From: Candidatus Aenigmatarchaeota archaeon
Lineage (GTDB): Archaea > Aenigmatarchaeota > Aenigmatarchaeia > CG10238-14 > SCSR01
Length of the DNA: 64,000 nucleotides
Assembly (NCBI GenBank): GCA_039091335.1
Contig: JAWCME010000002.1
Coordinates: forward strand, 8,735-72,734
Direction: 5' to 3'
A program made the translations under genes and the position numbers. The notes under the pieces are model-generated. The model did no database searches. It saw nothing but the letters and a program-made list of their open reading frames with translations, and was not told the DNA's origin. Shown here piece after piece: positions 18,512 to 27,765 of the stretch; positions within the stretch are counted from its first letter, which is position 1, and each line of letters opens with the position of its first letter.

Positions 18512-20019
18512 TATATCACCAGTTCTTTGTTTCTTAACCAATTCAAGTCGTCTGAATAAAGATACCTTATATCCTCAACACCAAGCCTAACCATTGCCAT
18601 CCTACCAATACCAAGTCCCCATGCTAAAACTGGTACTTCTATTCCAAGAGGAACTGTTACTTCTGGCCTAAAAATACCAGCACCACCAAACTCGAACCAA
18701 CCAAGCTTAGGATGATAAGCTATACCTTCTACACTCGGTTCTGTAAATGGGAAGAAGGATGGCTTAAACCTAACTTTTTCTACTTCCATAATAGCTACTG
18801 CTATTTCCTTAAGGAAGCCCAAAAGGTTCCTTAAGTTTAAGTCTTCTCCCACAACTATACCTTCGCAATGTTCAAACTCTATGAAGTGCTTAGCATCTAT
18901 CACATCTGGCCTGAATACTCTATCTATCATAAACATTTTATGAGGCAGTTTCTTTCCTTTTAACGAATAAAGTGTTCTTGAAGATACAGCGGTTCCATGA
19001 CTTCTTAGTATAAGTCTTCTTGCAAGATCAAAGTCCCAGTTTCCCCAGCCTTTACTTCCTGTTATCCATCCATTTTTGTGTGTTTCTTCAACCCTCTCCC
19101 ACAACTCTTTATCCAGAACTTTCCCAAATTTTATGTTTTTGACAGTATATATGTCGTGAACACTTCTAGCAGGATGGTCAGACGGCATAAATAAGGCATC
19201 ACAATTCCAAAAATTTAGCTCAACAAAAGGTCCTCTTGCTTCCACAAAACCAAGACCAATAAGTCTTTTCCTTATTTTGTCTATGATTTGTCTGTACGGA
19301 TGAATTTTTCCAGGATAAATTTTTGGTGCGGGAAGGAAAACGTCATACTTTCTAATCTTTTTATTTTTCCACTCTCCAGTTTTGATAATTTCTGGAGTAA
19401 GTTGACCAATTTCTTCAACTACTTCCTTTAACTTTTCAGACAAGCTTTTTCCAAGCTCGGAAAGAAAGAAGTTCCTTTCTACTTCAACTACTTTTTTAAT
19501 TATTCCCCTTTTGATAAAATCTTCAACAAGCCCTATATTTTCTACCTCTTCTATTCTATGCCTTCCTACCATCAATCTTTTGATCAATTCTTCTCCTTCT
19601 GTAATCATTCTTACTGCTTTTTCCCCAGCATCCGTTAAAAAAATTTTTCCTTCCTTTATCTCAATCCATCCGTTCTTCCTTGCCCAAATTATTCCTATCT
19701 CAGCCCTTTCAATCTTGTCTTTAATTTTCGAAATTTCATTTATTCCAGAATCTATTGCTTGAATAAGATTTTTTTCTGGAAGTCCATACCTTACATATTC
19801 TATTCCCTCTTCTGTCAATTCTAGGAATTCAAACTTAATTTCTTCTGTTTCCAAAATACCTTTAGCTCTTGCCCAAAGACATGCTCTTTCTATTTCATCC
19901 TTTTTAAGTCCGCTCTCTTTGGATATTTCTTCGACCCCCGTCTTTCCTAAAACCATTAAAGCCCTTACTACCTTTTTCTCGTTTTCATGCAGTTTTTCTA
20001 TCAATTCTTCAACTCCCAT
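18511..20019 (-). CDS. pheS: phenylalanyl-tRNA synthetase alpha subunit
   Basis: Class II motifs: HPARS, FRPDVIDAKHFIEFEHCEG, FPFTEPS, GAGIFRPEV. Confidence 0.93.
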   Translation of the reverse strand: MGVEELIEKLHENEKKVVRALMVLGKTGVEEISKESGLKKDEIERACLWARAKGILETEEIKFEFLELTEEGIEYVRYGLPEKNLIQAIDSGINEISKIKDKIERAEIGIIWARKNGWIEIKEGKIFLTDAGEKAVRMITEGEELIKRLMVGRHRIEEVENIGLVEDFIKRGIIKKVVEVERNFFLSELGKSLSEKLKEVVEEIGQLTPEIIKTGEWKNKKIRKYDVFLPAPKIYPGKIHPYRQIIDKIRKRLIGLGFVEARGPFVELNFWNCDALFMPSDHPARSVHDIYTVKNIKFGKVLDKELWERVEETHKNGWITGSKGWGNWDFDLARRLILRSHGTAVSSRTLYSLKGKKLPHKMFMIDRVFRPDVIDAKHFIEFEHCEGIVVGEDLNLRNLLGFLKEIAVAIMEVEKVRFKPSFFPFTEPSVEGIAYHPKLGWFEFGGAGIFRPEVTVPLGIEVPVLAWGLGIGRMAMVRLGVEDIRYLYSDDLNWLRNKELVI

Positions 20020-20049
20020 TTATAAAAATATTTTTATTGCAAGTATAAA

Positions 20050-20286
20050 TTAAACAACCCTCCACCCATTATCATTTTTCTCTACAGGAAGTTTTTTTAA
20101 TATCCTTCCCACATTAAACGGATTAATTTCTATTCCATTTCTTTTCAATATTTCTGATATTTCTGTTGCAGTATAGTATTTTCTATTCGTACCACATAAC
20201 TCTTTAAGTGTTTTATACACCATCTCCACAATTTTTTCATAACCAAACTTATTTATAATTTCTCTTTCTTTTTTGTTGTATCTCAT
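20050..20286 (-). CDS. small winged-helix protein
   Basis: 78 aa. A strong SD AAAGGAGGGAG sits 4 nt upstream of its ATG, inside the upstream ORF. Confidence 0.4.
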   Translation of the reverse strand: MRYNKKEREIINKFGYEKIVEMVYKTLKELCGTNRKYYTATEISEILKRNGIEINPFNVGRILKKLPVEKNDNGWRVV

Positions 20287-20509
20287 TTTCTCCCTCCTTT
20301 AAAAAATTTAAAAAAATTATCCCAAGGTTTGTGATTTTTACAGGAATTCCCTTGTTTTTTTGATCACCACATTCTATGATACCAAGCTCTTTAAGTTTTT
20401 TGGCATTCCACCTCAATGTAGATTCTGGGATGTTATGTTTTTTAGAAATTTCATACAAGAGCGAAGTAATGGTTATATTTTTCCATTTTATCATTTCGTT
20501 TAATATCAA
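20249..20509 (-). CDS. small HTH protein
   Basis: 86 aa with an HTH-like segment, ISKKHNIPESTLRWNAKKLKELGII. Start may be the internal ATG (MIKWKN...). Confidence 0.4.
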   Translation of the reverse strand: MILNEMIKWKNITITSLLYEISKKHNIPESTLRWNAKKLKELGIIECGDQKNKGIPVKITNLGIIFLNFLKEGENEIQQKRKRNYK

Positions 20510-20651
20510 AATCCCATGCTTATTAATTACTCTAAGGAAAATGTTACTTAACTTCTTGGAAGAAATTGGTATGGCATCTTAATTAATTTGTGTTGTATTA
20601 TTTATAAAGATAATGCGCAAATTTTATTGCAGTTATAAGAGAAAAAGTAAA

Positions 20652-21359
20652 TTACCTAACTGGTGTGTAAAAATTCTTATATGTCCTTCCTGTTAGAAAA
20701 TAGGTTAATGTAAAAAAAATATATTTATAGGCGGTTTTAATTCTTCCCCATTTTTCAAATCTTCTAACAGAATTAAAGACTAAGATTTTTTCTTTAAAAA
20801 CGATTTTTCCAACCTTTGAGATTCTTTTGGATAAATCTAAATCTTCATCAAAATATAAATTTTCATTAAAGCCACCAACACTTTTAAAGGCGTCCTTTCT
20901 GTAGGCACAAAAAATTCCTGGAATACAGGGGGTTTTTAAAAATATAGAGAACTTTATAAAGTTGTTAATAAACCAATAGATAAGATAATCGATTATCTTA
21001 TTGCTAATTGGTAAAATTAGGCAAGCCACGCCAACCACTTCCTTTTTTTTAAAAACTTTGGCTAACTCGCTTAAGGTATTGTATAGTATTAGTGTATCCG
21101 CATCAACAAAAACCAATATATCCCCTTTTGCGACAGATGCTCCGGCATTCCTGCCTACTGCAGGGCATTTCTTCTTCGTAATAACTATTTTATTAGCATA
21201 CTTTCTGGCTATTTTAAGAGTGTTGTCTCTGCTTCTTCCATCAGACACTATTATTTCTACCTTTCCTCCATAGTCTTGATTTTTTATACTTCTTAATGTA
21301 GCCTCAAGATATTTTTCTTCGTTATATGTTGGGACTATTACTGAAATTAGCGGTTTCAT
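20652..21359 (-). CDS. family 2 glycosyltransferase
   Basis: ISVIVPTYNEEKYL and DADT motifs. Confidence 0.8.
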   Translation of the reverse strand: MKPLISVIVPTYNEEKYLEATLRSIKNQDYGGKVEIIVSDGRSRDNTLKIARKYANKIVITKKKCPAVGRNAGASVAKGDILVFVDADTLILYNTLSELAKVFKKKEVVGVACLILPISNKIIDYLIYWFINNFIKFSIFLKTPCIPGIFCAYRKDAFKSVGGFNENLYFDEDLDLSKRISKVGKIVFKEKILVFNSVRRFEKWGRIKTAYKYIFFTLTYFLTGRTYKNFYTPVR

Positions 21360-21432
21360 AATTTTTTATTAATCTCATTAAAAACTTTAAATATTATCTA
21401 AATTAGCAAATAAAACTAAATTATCTGGTAAT

Positions 21433-22557
21433 TCAATCTCTTAACATAAATTTATCAATTTTATTTTTTGCGTCCTCCCTTTTTTTTTGATGTTCTTTGA
21501 TGAATTTTTTTATCCTTTCCGAAAGAATTTCTTTGCACTCACCACACAACCTATTTCCTTTTTTACAATCTTCAAAAATTTTTTGCACTTTTTTATCATC
21601 TTCTTCAAATAAAAAGTAATAGTACTGATAAACTGGGCATAATTCAGGGTTTCCACCCTTCTCCTTCTGCTCTTTTATTGTCGGTTGTCCAGCATCAAAG
21701 GCATTCATCACCTTTCTTTCAATTTTTTCTTCTGTGTCAGATGTAAATATAGCTGTTTCTGGTTCGCTCGAGCTCATCTTTCCTCCTTTTCCTAATCCAG
21801 GAAAGAACTTAGAGTGGATTTCTGCTGGCTTATAAAAATTCAGTTTTGGTGCAACATCCCTTGCCATCCTCCAGTAGGGAGATTGGTCTATTGCCGCAGG
21901 TATAAGACAGGGTATATTCTTTCCTTTTAATACTGAAGGAAGAAAGCAAGGAACCGCCTGAATTGCTGGGAAGAAAACAATTCCTATGTTTGAAGTATTT
22001 TTAAAACCAAATATTGATTTTACAGTAGAAAATGTAACATGTTTTGCAATTTGTATAGCAATCTTATACTGCGTTTTTGCATATTCTGTATTAGAGAAAA
22101 TAAACGTTTTTTTATAGTCAAAGTCACATGCTATGACATCTAGAACATTGTCATAAGTATAACCAATAGTATCTTGAAGGCTAAGCTCGGGCTTAACTAA
22201 AAACTTTTCATCATCTGTCATTTGAAAATACAACTCTGCATCAAATTTTTTTTGTAGCCAACTTGTGAATATCCAAGGTATTAAATGTCCTATGTGTGTG
22301 TGCCCAGAAGGTCCTCTTCCTGTATAAAGAAAAAATTTCTCTCCATTTTCATATCTTTCCAATATCCAATCCATATCTCTGTGAGAGAAAAATATTTTTC
22401 TTCTCAAAAGAAAATGAAGTTCTTTCGTATGTTTCTTTATTCTTTCCAAAAGTTCATCTGTTATTCTTTTTACGCCAAACTCCTTTATCAGTTTTTCATA
22501 ATCTACTTCTCCCCTAACTTCCCAAGGAGTTACTAAAAACTTTTTTTGTTTTATCAT
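21433..22557 (-). CDS. trpS: tryptophanyl-tRNA synthetase (archaeal/eukaryal type)
   Basis: TPWEVRGEVDYEKLIKEFG N-terminus, HIGH (GHTHIGH) and KMSSS. Confidence 0.9.
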   Translation of the reverse strand: MIKQKKFLVTPWEVRGEVDYEKLIKEFGVKRITDELLERIKKHTKELHFLLRRKIFFSHRDMDWILERYENGEKFFLYTGRGPSGHTHIGHLIPWIFTSWLQKKFDAELYFQMTDDEKFLVKPELSLQDTIGYTYDNVLDVIACDFDYKKTFIFSNTEYAKTQYKIAIQIAKHVTFSTVKSIFGFKNTSNIGIVFFPAIQAVPCFLPSVLKGKNIPCLIPAAIDQSPYWRMARDVAPKLNFYKPAEIHSKFFPGLGKGGKMSSSEPETAIFTSDTEEKIERKVMNAFDAGQPTIKEQKEKGGNPELCPVYQYYYFLFEEDDKKVQKIFEDCKKGNRLCGECKEILSERIKKFIKEHQKKREDAKNKIDKFMLRD

Positions 22558-22622
22558 AGCTTATTATTCATTTTGTTTTTAAATTTAAAAATTAAAAATA
22601 TTTTAATTTACTTGGTGATTGT

Positions 22623-23066
22623 TTGGCTGTATTTAAGTTGGTAGTAAGCGAACCAGAAACAAAGAAGAGTTATCAGTTAGAAGTAGAGCAGAGTAAAGTT
22701 CAGTCTCTAATCGGAAAAAAAATTGGAGAAGAATTTCCTGGAGACCTTATTGGTTTAAATGGCTATATGTTAAAGATTACAGGAGGAACTGACAAGGATG
22801 GCTTTCCCATGCACCCATCTGTTTCTGGAATGGGAAGAAAAAAAGTTTTGTTGTCCTCTCCACCCTGTTTTCATCCAAGGTTAAAGGGGGAGAGAAGGAG
22901 AAAAACGGTAAGAGGAAACACAATAAGCGAAGATATAGTCCAAATAAATGTTAAGGTTACAAAAAAAGGAGAAAAGCCTTTAGAGGAATTAATCCCTGTT
23001 AAGCCCAAAGAAAAGAAAGAAGAGGAAAAAACAAAAGAGGAGATAGAAACAAAAACAGAAAAATAA
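22623..23066 (+). CDS. rps6e: ribosomal protein S6e
   Basis: MAVFKLVVSEPETKKSYQLEV pattern. TTG start preceded by SD GGTGAT (22614-22619). Confidence 0.9.
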   Translation: MAVFKLVVSEPETKKSYQLEVEQSKVQSLIGKKIGEEFPGDLIGLNGYMLKITGGTDKDGFPMHPSVSGMGRKKVLLSSPPCFHPRLKGERRRKTVRGNTISEDIVQINVKVTKKGEKPLEELIPVKPKEKKEEEKTKEEIETKTEK

Positions 23067-23127
23067 ATTACAAATAAAAATTTCATCTTTATTTTTATTT
23101 ATTAGAAAATATTTGAAGGGGTGATGA

Positions 23128-24373
23128 AAAGTAACAAAAGAGATTAATCCAAAGCTAATACCTAAATGTAACATAGGTATGGTCGGACATTGCTAAAGCA
23201 ACCGAAAACGTTGCGCATGGAAAGACAAGCCTAGTTGAAACAATTACTGGAAAGTCAACACTAATGCATTCTGAAGAATTGAAAAGGGGAATTACAATTC
23301 GCTTGGGTTATGCGGATGCAAAAATTTACAAATGTATAAAATGTGGAAAATATTGTTCAAGCGAAAAATGTCCTTTCTGTTTTTCTGATTGTGAGCTTCA
23401 AAGAACAGTAAGTTTTGTGGACGCCCCTGGACATGAAACTTTAATGGCCACAGTTTTAACTGGTGCTGCATTAATGAATGGGGCGATTCTTGTGATTGCA
23501 GCAAACGAGAAGTGTCCTCAGCCGCAGACTCGTGAGCATCTTACTGCTTTGGAAGTCGTTGGAATTAAAAATGTGATAATAGTTCAAAGCAAGATAGATT
23601 TGGTTACAGAAGAAAGGGCATTGGATAGCTATAAAGAAATAAAAGAATTCATTAAAGGAAGTAGCATAGAGAATTCCCCAATAATACCGGTTTCCTCTAA
23701 ACAGAGAATAAACATAAGTTCAGTTATAGAGGCAATAGAGGAATTCATTCCAGACCCGGAATTAGATGAGAAAAAAGAACTGAGAATGCTTGTTGCAAGA
23801 AGCTTTGACATAAATAAACCTGGTACAAGCCCGGAAAAGCTTGTTGGTGGGGTTTTGGGTGGAGCAATAATTCAGGGAAAATTAAGAGTTGGGGAGGAAA
23901 TTGAAATTAGACCAGGTGTAATGGTCGGCTCAAAAAGAATTCCGCTTTTTACTCATGTTTTAGGGATTAAAAAATCGAATATAGAAATGGAAGAGGCTGG
24001 TCCAGGAGGTTTGCTTGGGGTATTAACTGGCTTAGACCCATTTTTAACTAAGTCTGATTCTCTTGTGGGAAGTGTGGTTGGTCTTCCAGGAAAAATTCCA
24101 GAAACAAGAGAGGAGTTAAGAATAAATGTTAATTTACTTGAGAGAGCAGTTGGTTCAAAGGATTTGAGCGCAATATCTCCAATTAAAATAGGAGAAGAGC
24201 TTATGATAAACGTAGGAACAGCACGATCTATAGGAAAGGTTAGCTCAATTAAAAAAGATTATATTGAATTAAAACTTAAAATACCAGTATGTGCTGAGGA
24301 AAAAGAAAGGATAGCGATTTCTAGGTCAATCCTTGGAAGATGGAGGCTTATTGGTTGGGGTGTAATAAAGTAG
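23128..24373 (+). CDS. eif2g: translation initiation factor aIF2 gamma, interrupted by a 19-nt intron
   Basis: Exon 1 (to 23188) encodes ...KLIPKCNIGMVGH. Exon 2 (from 23208) encodes VAHGKTSLVETITGKSTLMHSEELKRGITIRLGYA..., and the track ORF 23264-24373 is only its distal part. The 5' end has no standard in-frame start codon (see findings). Confidence 0.9.
23189..23207 (+). other. BHB-type intron in the aIF2-gamma pre-mRNA
   Basis: Central helix TCGG(23183-86)/CCGA(23202-05), bulges ACA(23187-89) and AAA(23206-08), inner helix TTGC/GCAA with loop TAAA. Removal restores GHVAHGKT in frame. Confidence 0.75.
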
Positions 24374-24374
24374 T

Positions 24375-24806
24375 TTATGCGCAGAATACAGATGCTTGAA
24401 TGCTTTTTCCAATTGGAGGCACTATTCTATAAACACATGTTTTTGGACCTGTGCAATCAGTGTTTTTGAGTGTTCCTGTCTTACCAGGCTCTATTCTACT
24501 AGTATCACCAGTTACTGAGTCAGCGGCATAATTTCCACCAGAAGTTCTTATTACTGTTATACTACCACAAGTCGCCGCATTTTCTGATATTGTACAACTA
24601 CCACTTACAAAACTTATATCAGATGTTCCTATATTTCTTATCATTATAGTTACAATACCTCCTGTACAGTAACTATCGACTATTTCAATTCCCTGAGTAG
24701 CTCCAGTAAAAACCCCGCTTATATACATATAAGCCATTCCTGCCAAAGCTATTGTTATTACTAACATTAAAATAGTAGCAATTACAGCAGAAACACCCTT
24801 TTCCAT
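24375..24806 (-). CDS. archaeal type IV pilin-like protein (class III signal peptide)
   Basis: N-terminus MEKGVSAVIATILMLVITIALAG. Confidence 0.65.
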   Translation of the reverse strand: MEKGVSAVIATILMLVITIALAGMAYMYISGVFTGATQGIEIVDSYCTGGIVTIMIRNIGTSDISFVSGSCTISENAATCGSITVIRTSGGNYAADSVTGDTSRIEPGKTGTLKNTDCTGPKTCVYRIVPPIGKSIQASVFCA

Positions 24807-24869
24807 TCCTTCACCTTATTAATTTTTGTTTTTTTTAATTTAAATATTATTTAAATAGAAAATATTTTT

Positions 24870-25238
24870 GTGAGAATTGTTTTTGACACCAATTTCTTAA
24901 TCGATATGATAAAGTTTAAGGTGGATATAGAAGAAATAGAAGAGCTGGTTGGAAAATGTAATTTTTTTATTTTTGATAGTGTAATAGAGGAGCTAGAAAA
25001 AATTGCAAAAACAAGAAAAAAAGATGGTATGAACGCGAAGCTCGCGCTAAATTTTTTAAAGTCTAGAAAATTTAAAACAATTAAAACGAAGTTTAAAAGC
25101 ACAGACGAGGCTATAGTCAATAGTTTAGAAAAGGATTCAATAGTTGCCACTAACGACTCGGAGTTGAGAAAAATATTAAAAGCTAAAGGAATAAAAACAA
25201 TTTATTTAAGATCCAAAAAACATTTAGAGGTAGGTTGA
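24870..25238 (+). CDS. PIN-domain nuclease (Fcf1-like)
   Basis: GTG start. Contains IVFDTNFLID...ATNDSELRKILK. Confidence 0.7.
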   Translation: MRIVFDTNFLIDMIKFKVDIEEIEELVGKCNFFIFDSVIEELEKIAKTRKKDGMNAKLALNFLKSRKFKTIKTKFKSTDEAIVNSLEKDSIVATNDSELRKILKAKGIKTIYLRSKKHLEVG

Positions 25239-25242
25239 TAAA

Positions 25243-25779
25243 ATGGTAAACTATTGGAAAGAATTGCCCACAGGTCCAAATCCGCCAGAAGAAATATTCA
25301 TAGTTGTGGAAATACCAAAAGGATGGAGAAATAAAATAGAGTTTGATAAAGAATTAAATGTTTTTGTCCTTGATAGAGTTTTATATTCTCCCTTTCACTA
25401 TGACTGGGCAGATTATGGCATAATTCCAAAGACTTTTTGTGAAGACGGAGACCCAGCAGATGGCTTTGTTTTGATGAGAGAAGGAACCTTTCCTGGTTGT
25501 GTGATTAAATGTAGGCCGATTGGGTTGCTTAAAATGATAGACTCTGGTGAAAAAGATGATAAAATAATAGCAGTACCTTCAAAAGACCCATTTTTTTCAG
25601 GAATAAAAGACATTTCAGACATTTCTAGTCATTTGCTCAAAGAGATTTCACATTTTTTTTCTCACTACAAAGACCTGCAGGAAAAAAAGGTTGAAGTTAT
25701 AGGGTGGGAAGGGGCCAAAGAAGCAAAGGAATTTATAAAAAGGGCAAAAGAACTATACAAGGAAAAATTTGGAGATTGA
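25243..25779 (+). CDS. ppa: inorganic pyrophosphatase, family I
   Basis: VVEIPKGWRNKIEFDKE and DGDPADGFVL motifs. Confidence 0.92.
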   Translation: MVNYWKELPTGPNPPEEIFIVVEIPKGWRNKIEFDKELNVFVLDRVLYSPFHYDWADYGIIPKTFCEDGDPADGFVLMREGTFPGCVIKCRPIGLLKMIDSGEKDDKIIAVPSKDPFFSGIKDISDISSHLLKEISHFFSHYKDLQEKKVEVIGWEGAKEAKEFIKRAKELYKEKFGD

Positions 25780-25780
25780 G

Positions 25781-26341
25781 ATGTATAGAGTTGTTACAGT
25801 TGAAGGAAGAATAAGGGTTCCTCCGGAAAAACTCAACATGAAGGTTAAAGAAGCTGTAAAGGAAAGTATTGCTGATTGGTTTGAAGGAAAAATAGACCAA
25901 AGGCTTGGTGTTATACTCTCAGTTGTTTCTGTTGAAAAAATAGGTGAGGGAAAAATAGTAGCAGGAGACCCAGGAGTTTATTATATGGCCACGTTTAAGC
26001 TTCTGACATTTAAGCCAGAATTGCATGAGATAGTTTATGGAGAAGTAATAGATAACACGGAATTCGGTTCATTTGTTCGTATAGGTCCAATGGACGGTTT
26101 GATTCATATCTCTCAGTTAATGGATGATTTTGTAAGCTATGACAGCAAAAATTCTGTCTTCCTTGGAAAAGAAACCAAAAAAACGTTGAAAGAAGGAGAC
26201 AAAGTAAGGGCAAGGATAATATCTGTTTCTTTGGGAAAAGGCGAGGAAAACAAAATTGGCTTAACGATGAGGCAGAATTTACTTGGTTCATTGAATTGGA
26301 TAGAGGAGGAGAAGAGGAAGCAGAAGAAGGGAAGGGAATAA
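25781..26341 (+). CDS. rpo7: RNA polymerase subunit Rpo7 (E')
   Basis: MYRVVTVEGRIRVPPEKL N-terminus and a C-terminal S1 domain. Start moved to ATG 25781. Confidence 0.88.
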   Translation: MYRVVTVEGRIRVPPEKLNMKVKEAVKESIADWFEGKIDQRLGVILSVVSVEKIGEGKIVAGDPGVYYMATFKLLTFKPELHEIVYGEVIDNTEFGSFVRIGPMDGLIHISQLMDDFVSYDSKNSVFLGKETKKTLKEGDKVRARIISVSLGKGEENKIGLTMRQNLLGSLNWIEEEKRKQKKGRE

Positions 26342-26343
26342 AA

Positions 26344-26532
26344 ATGGTTAAAAAAATTCAAGTTTGTAGAAACTGTAGAAGGTTCACGACAGAAACTTTT
26401 TGTAATGTTTGTAAGTCTACAAACCTATCTACGAGCTGGAAGGGGGTAGTAGTTATATTAAACACAGAAAGTGAGATAGCAAAAACACTAAAAGTTGAAG
26501 AGCCAGGAAGATACGCACTTTATGTTGGATGA
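26344..26532 (+). CDS. spt4: transcription elongation factor Spt4 (RpoE'')
   Basis: MVKKIQVCRNCRRF...CNVCKS zinc ribbon followed by WKGVVVIL. Start at ATG 26344. Confidence 0.8.
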   Translation: MVKKIQVCRNCRRFTTETFCNVCKSTNLSTSWKGVVVILNTESEIAKTLKVEEPGRYALYVG

Positions 26533-26536
26533 AGCC

Positions 26537-27031
26537 ATGAAAAAAAAGAAAGCAATTTTTATAGGAAGGTTTCAACCAATTCATTTTGGGCATGTTAAAG
26601 CAATTAAAGAAGCTATTAAAAGGTTTGATTTGACTATTGTTGTGGGTAGTACTAACCAGAAGAGAAGTTTTGAAAACCCATTTTCATTCAAAGAGAGAAA
26701 AGAAATGATTTCAAGGGTTTTCAGAGGAATTAGAATTGTTGGTGTTCCTGACACCAAAAACAATGGAGAATGGGTCAGGATGGTTAAGAGGAAGGTAAAA
26801 TTTGATGTTGTTATCTCTGGCAGCAAATGGGTAAACAAATGTTTCAAAAGATTTAATATAAGAGTGATTAAACCAAAACATTACAAAAGAAGAATTTTTA
26901 AAGGAGAAGAAATAAGGAGGAGGATTGTTGAGAATAAAAAATGGGTAAAACTTGTTCCAAAGGCCGTTGTTTCTTACATAAGAAAAATTAAAGGAATAGA
27001 AAGGATAAAGAAATTATATGGAAAAGCTTAA
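26537..27031 (+). CDS. nicotinamide-nucleotide adenylyltransferase
   Basis: FIGRFQPIHFGHVKAIKEA motif. Start at ATG 26537, after the spt4 stop. Confidence 0.8.
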   Translation: MKKKKAIFIGRFQPIHFGHVKAIKEAIKRFDLTIVVGSTNQKRSFENPFSFKERKEMISRVFRGIRIVGVPDTKNNGEWVRMVKRKVKFDVVISGSKWVNKCFKRFNIRVIKPKHYKRRIFKGEEIRRRIVENKKWVKLVPKAVVSYIRKIKGIERIKKLYGKA

Positions 27032-27764
27032 GGGAAAAATTGCAATAGTTACTGGCTCAGGTCAGGGAATAGGGAAAGAAATTGTAAAGACATTTGCTTC
27101 AGAAGGAGCTAAAGTAATAGTTTCTGACATAACAGATAAGGTATTTGAAGTTGCGAATGAAATAGAAAAAGATGGTTTTGAGGCATTTCCAATAAAATGC
27201 GATGTATCTAGTTTTAAAGAAGTTAAAAAAATGGTTGAAAAAACCATAGAAAGGTTTGGTAAGATTGACATATTAGTTAACAATGCAGGAATATTTCCAT
27301 TTAAACCATTTACTGAGATGAATGAGGAGGATTGGAATAGAGTATTAGAAGTAAATTTAAAAGGAACTTTCAATTGTACAAGGGCTGTGATTGAAAAAAT
27401 GGTTGAACAGAAATATGGAAAAATAATAAACATTTCTTCTATAGCAGGTACGATAGTAGGATTTGATAAGTTATCTCATTACTGTGCAAGTAAAGCAGGA
27501 ATAGTTGGTTTTACTCGTGCTCTTGCTTTAGAGCTTGCTCAATACGGAATAAATGTAAATGCAATTGCTCCAGGTCCAATAGAAACTCCTGGCACCCAAA
27601 TCCTTGGAAAGGACGTTTATGAAGATATTAAGAAAAAAATACCAATGGGGAGGTGGGGGAAGCCAAAGGACATAGCAAACTTAGCTTTGTTTTTAGCTTC
27701 AGATGATTCTGATTTTATTACAGGGCAATGCATAGTTGCAGATGGTGGATATTCAAATCAATAA
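27018..27764 (+). CDS. short-chain dehydrogenase/reductase (FabG-like)
   Basis: TGSGQGIG, NNAG and YxxxK (YCASK) motifs. Confidence 0.85.
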   Translation: MEKLKGKIAIVTGSGQGIGKEIVKTFASEGAKVIVSDITDKVFEVANEIEKDGFEAFPIKCDVSSFKEVKKMVEKTIERFGKIDILVNNAGIFPFKPFTEMNEEDWNRVLEVNLKGTFNCTRAVIEKMVEQKYGKIINISSIAGTIVGFDKLSHYCASKAGIVGFTRALALELAQYGINVNAIAPGPIETPGTQILGKDVYEDIKKKIPMGRWGKPKDIANLALFLASDDSDFITGQCIVADGGYSNQ

Positions 27765-27765
27765 G

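Noticed and set aside
23121-23127. GTGATGA here and GGTGATGA upstream of psmA (55750-55743, minus strand) resemble the C box of a C/D sRNA.
   Set aside because: No CTGA D or D' box or C' box lies at a suitable distance. Both sit at Shine-Dalgarno position relative to start codons.
23158-23180. A hairpin, ATACCT-N11-AGGTAT, inside aIF2-gamma exon 1, tested as a second intron that might fix the start-codon problem.
   Set aside because: The flanking 4-mers do not pair, and the enclosed sequence encodes the conserved PKCNIG segment.
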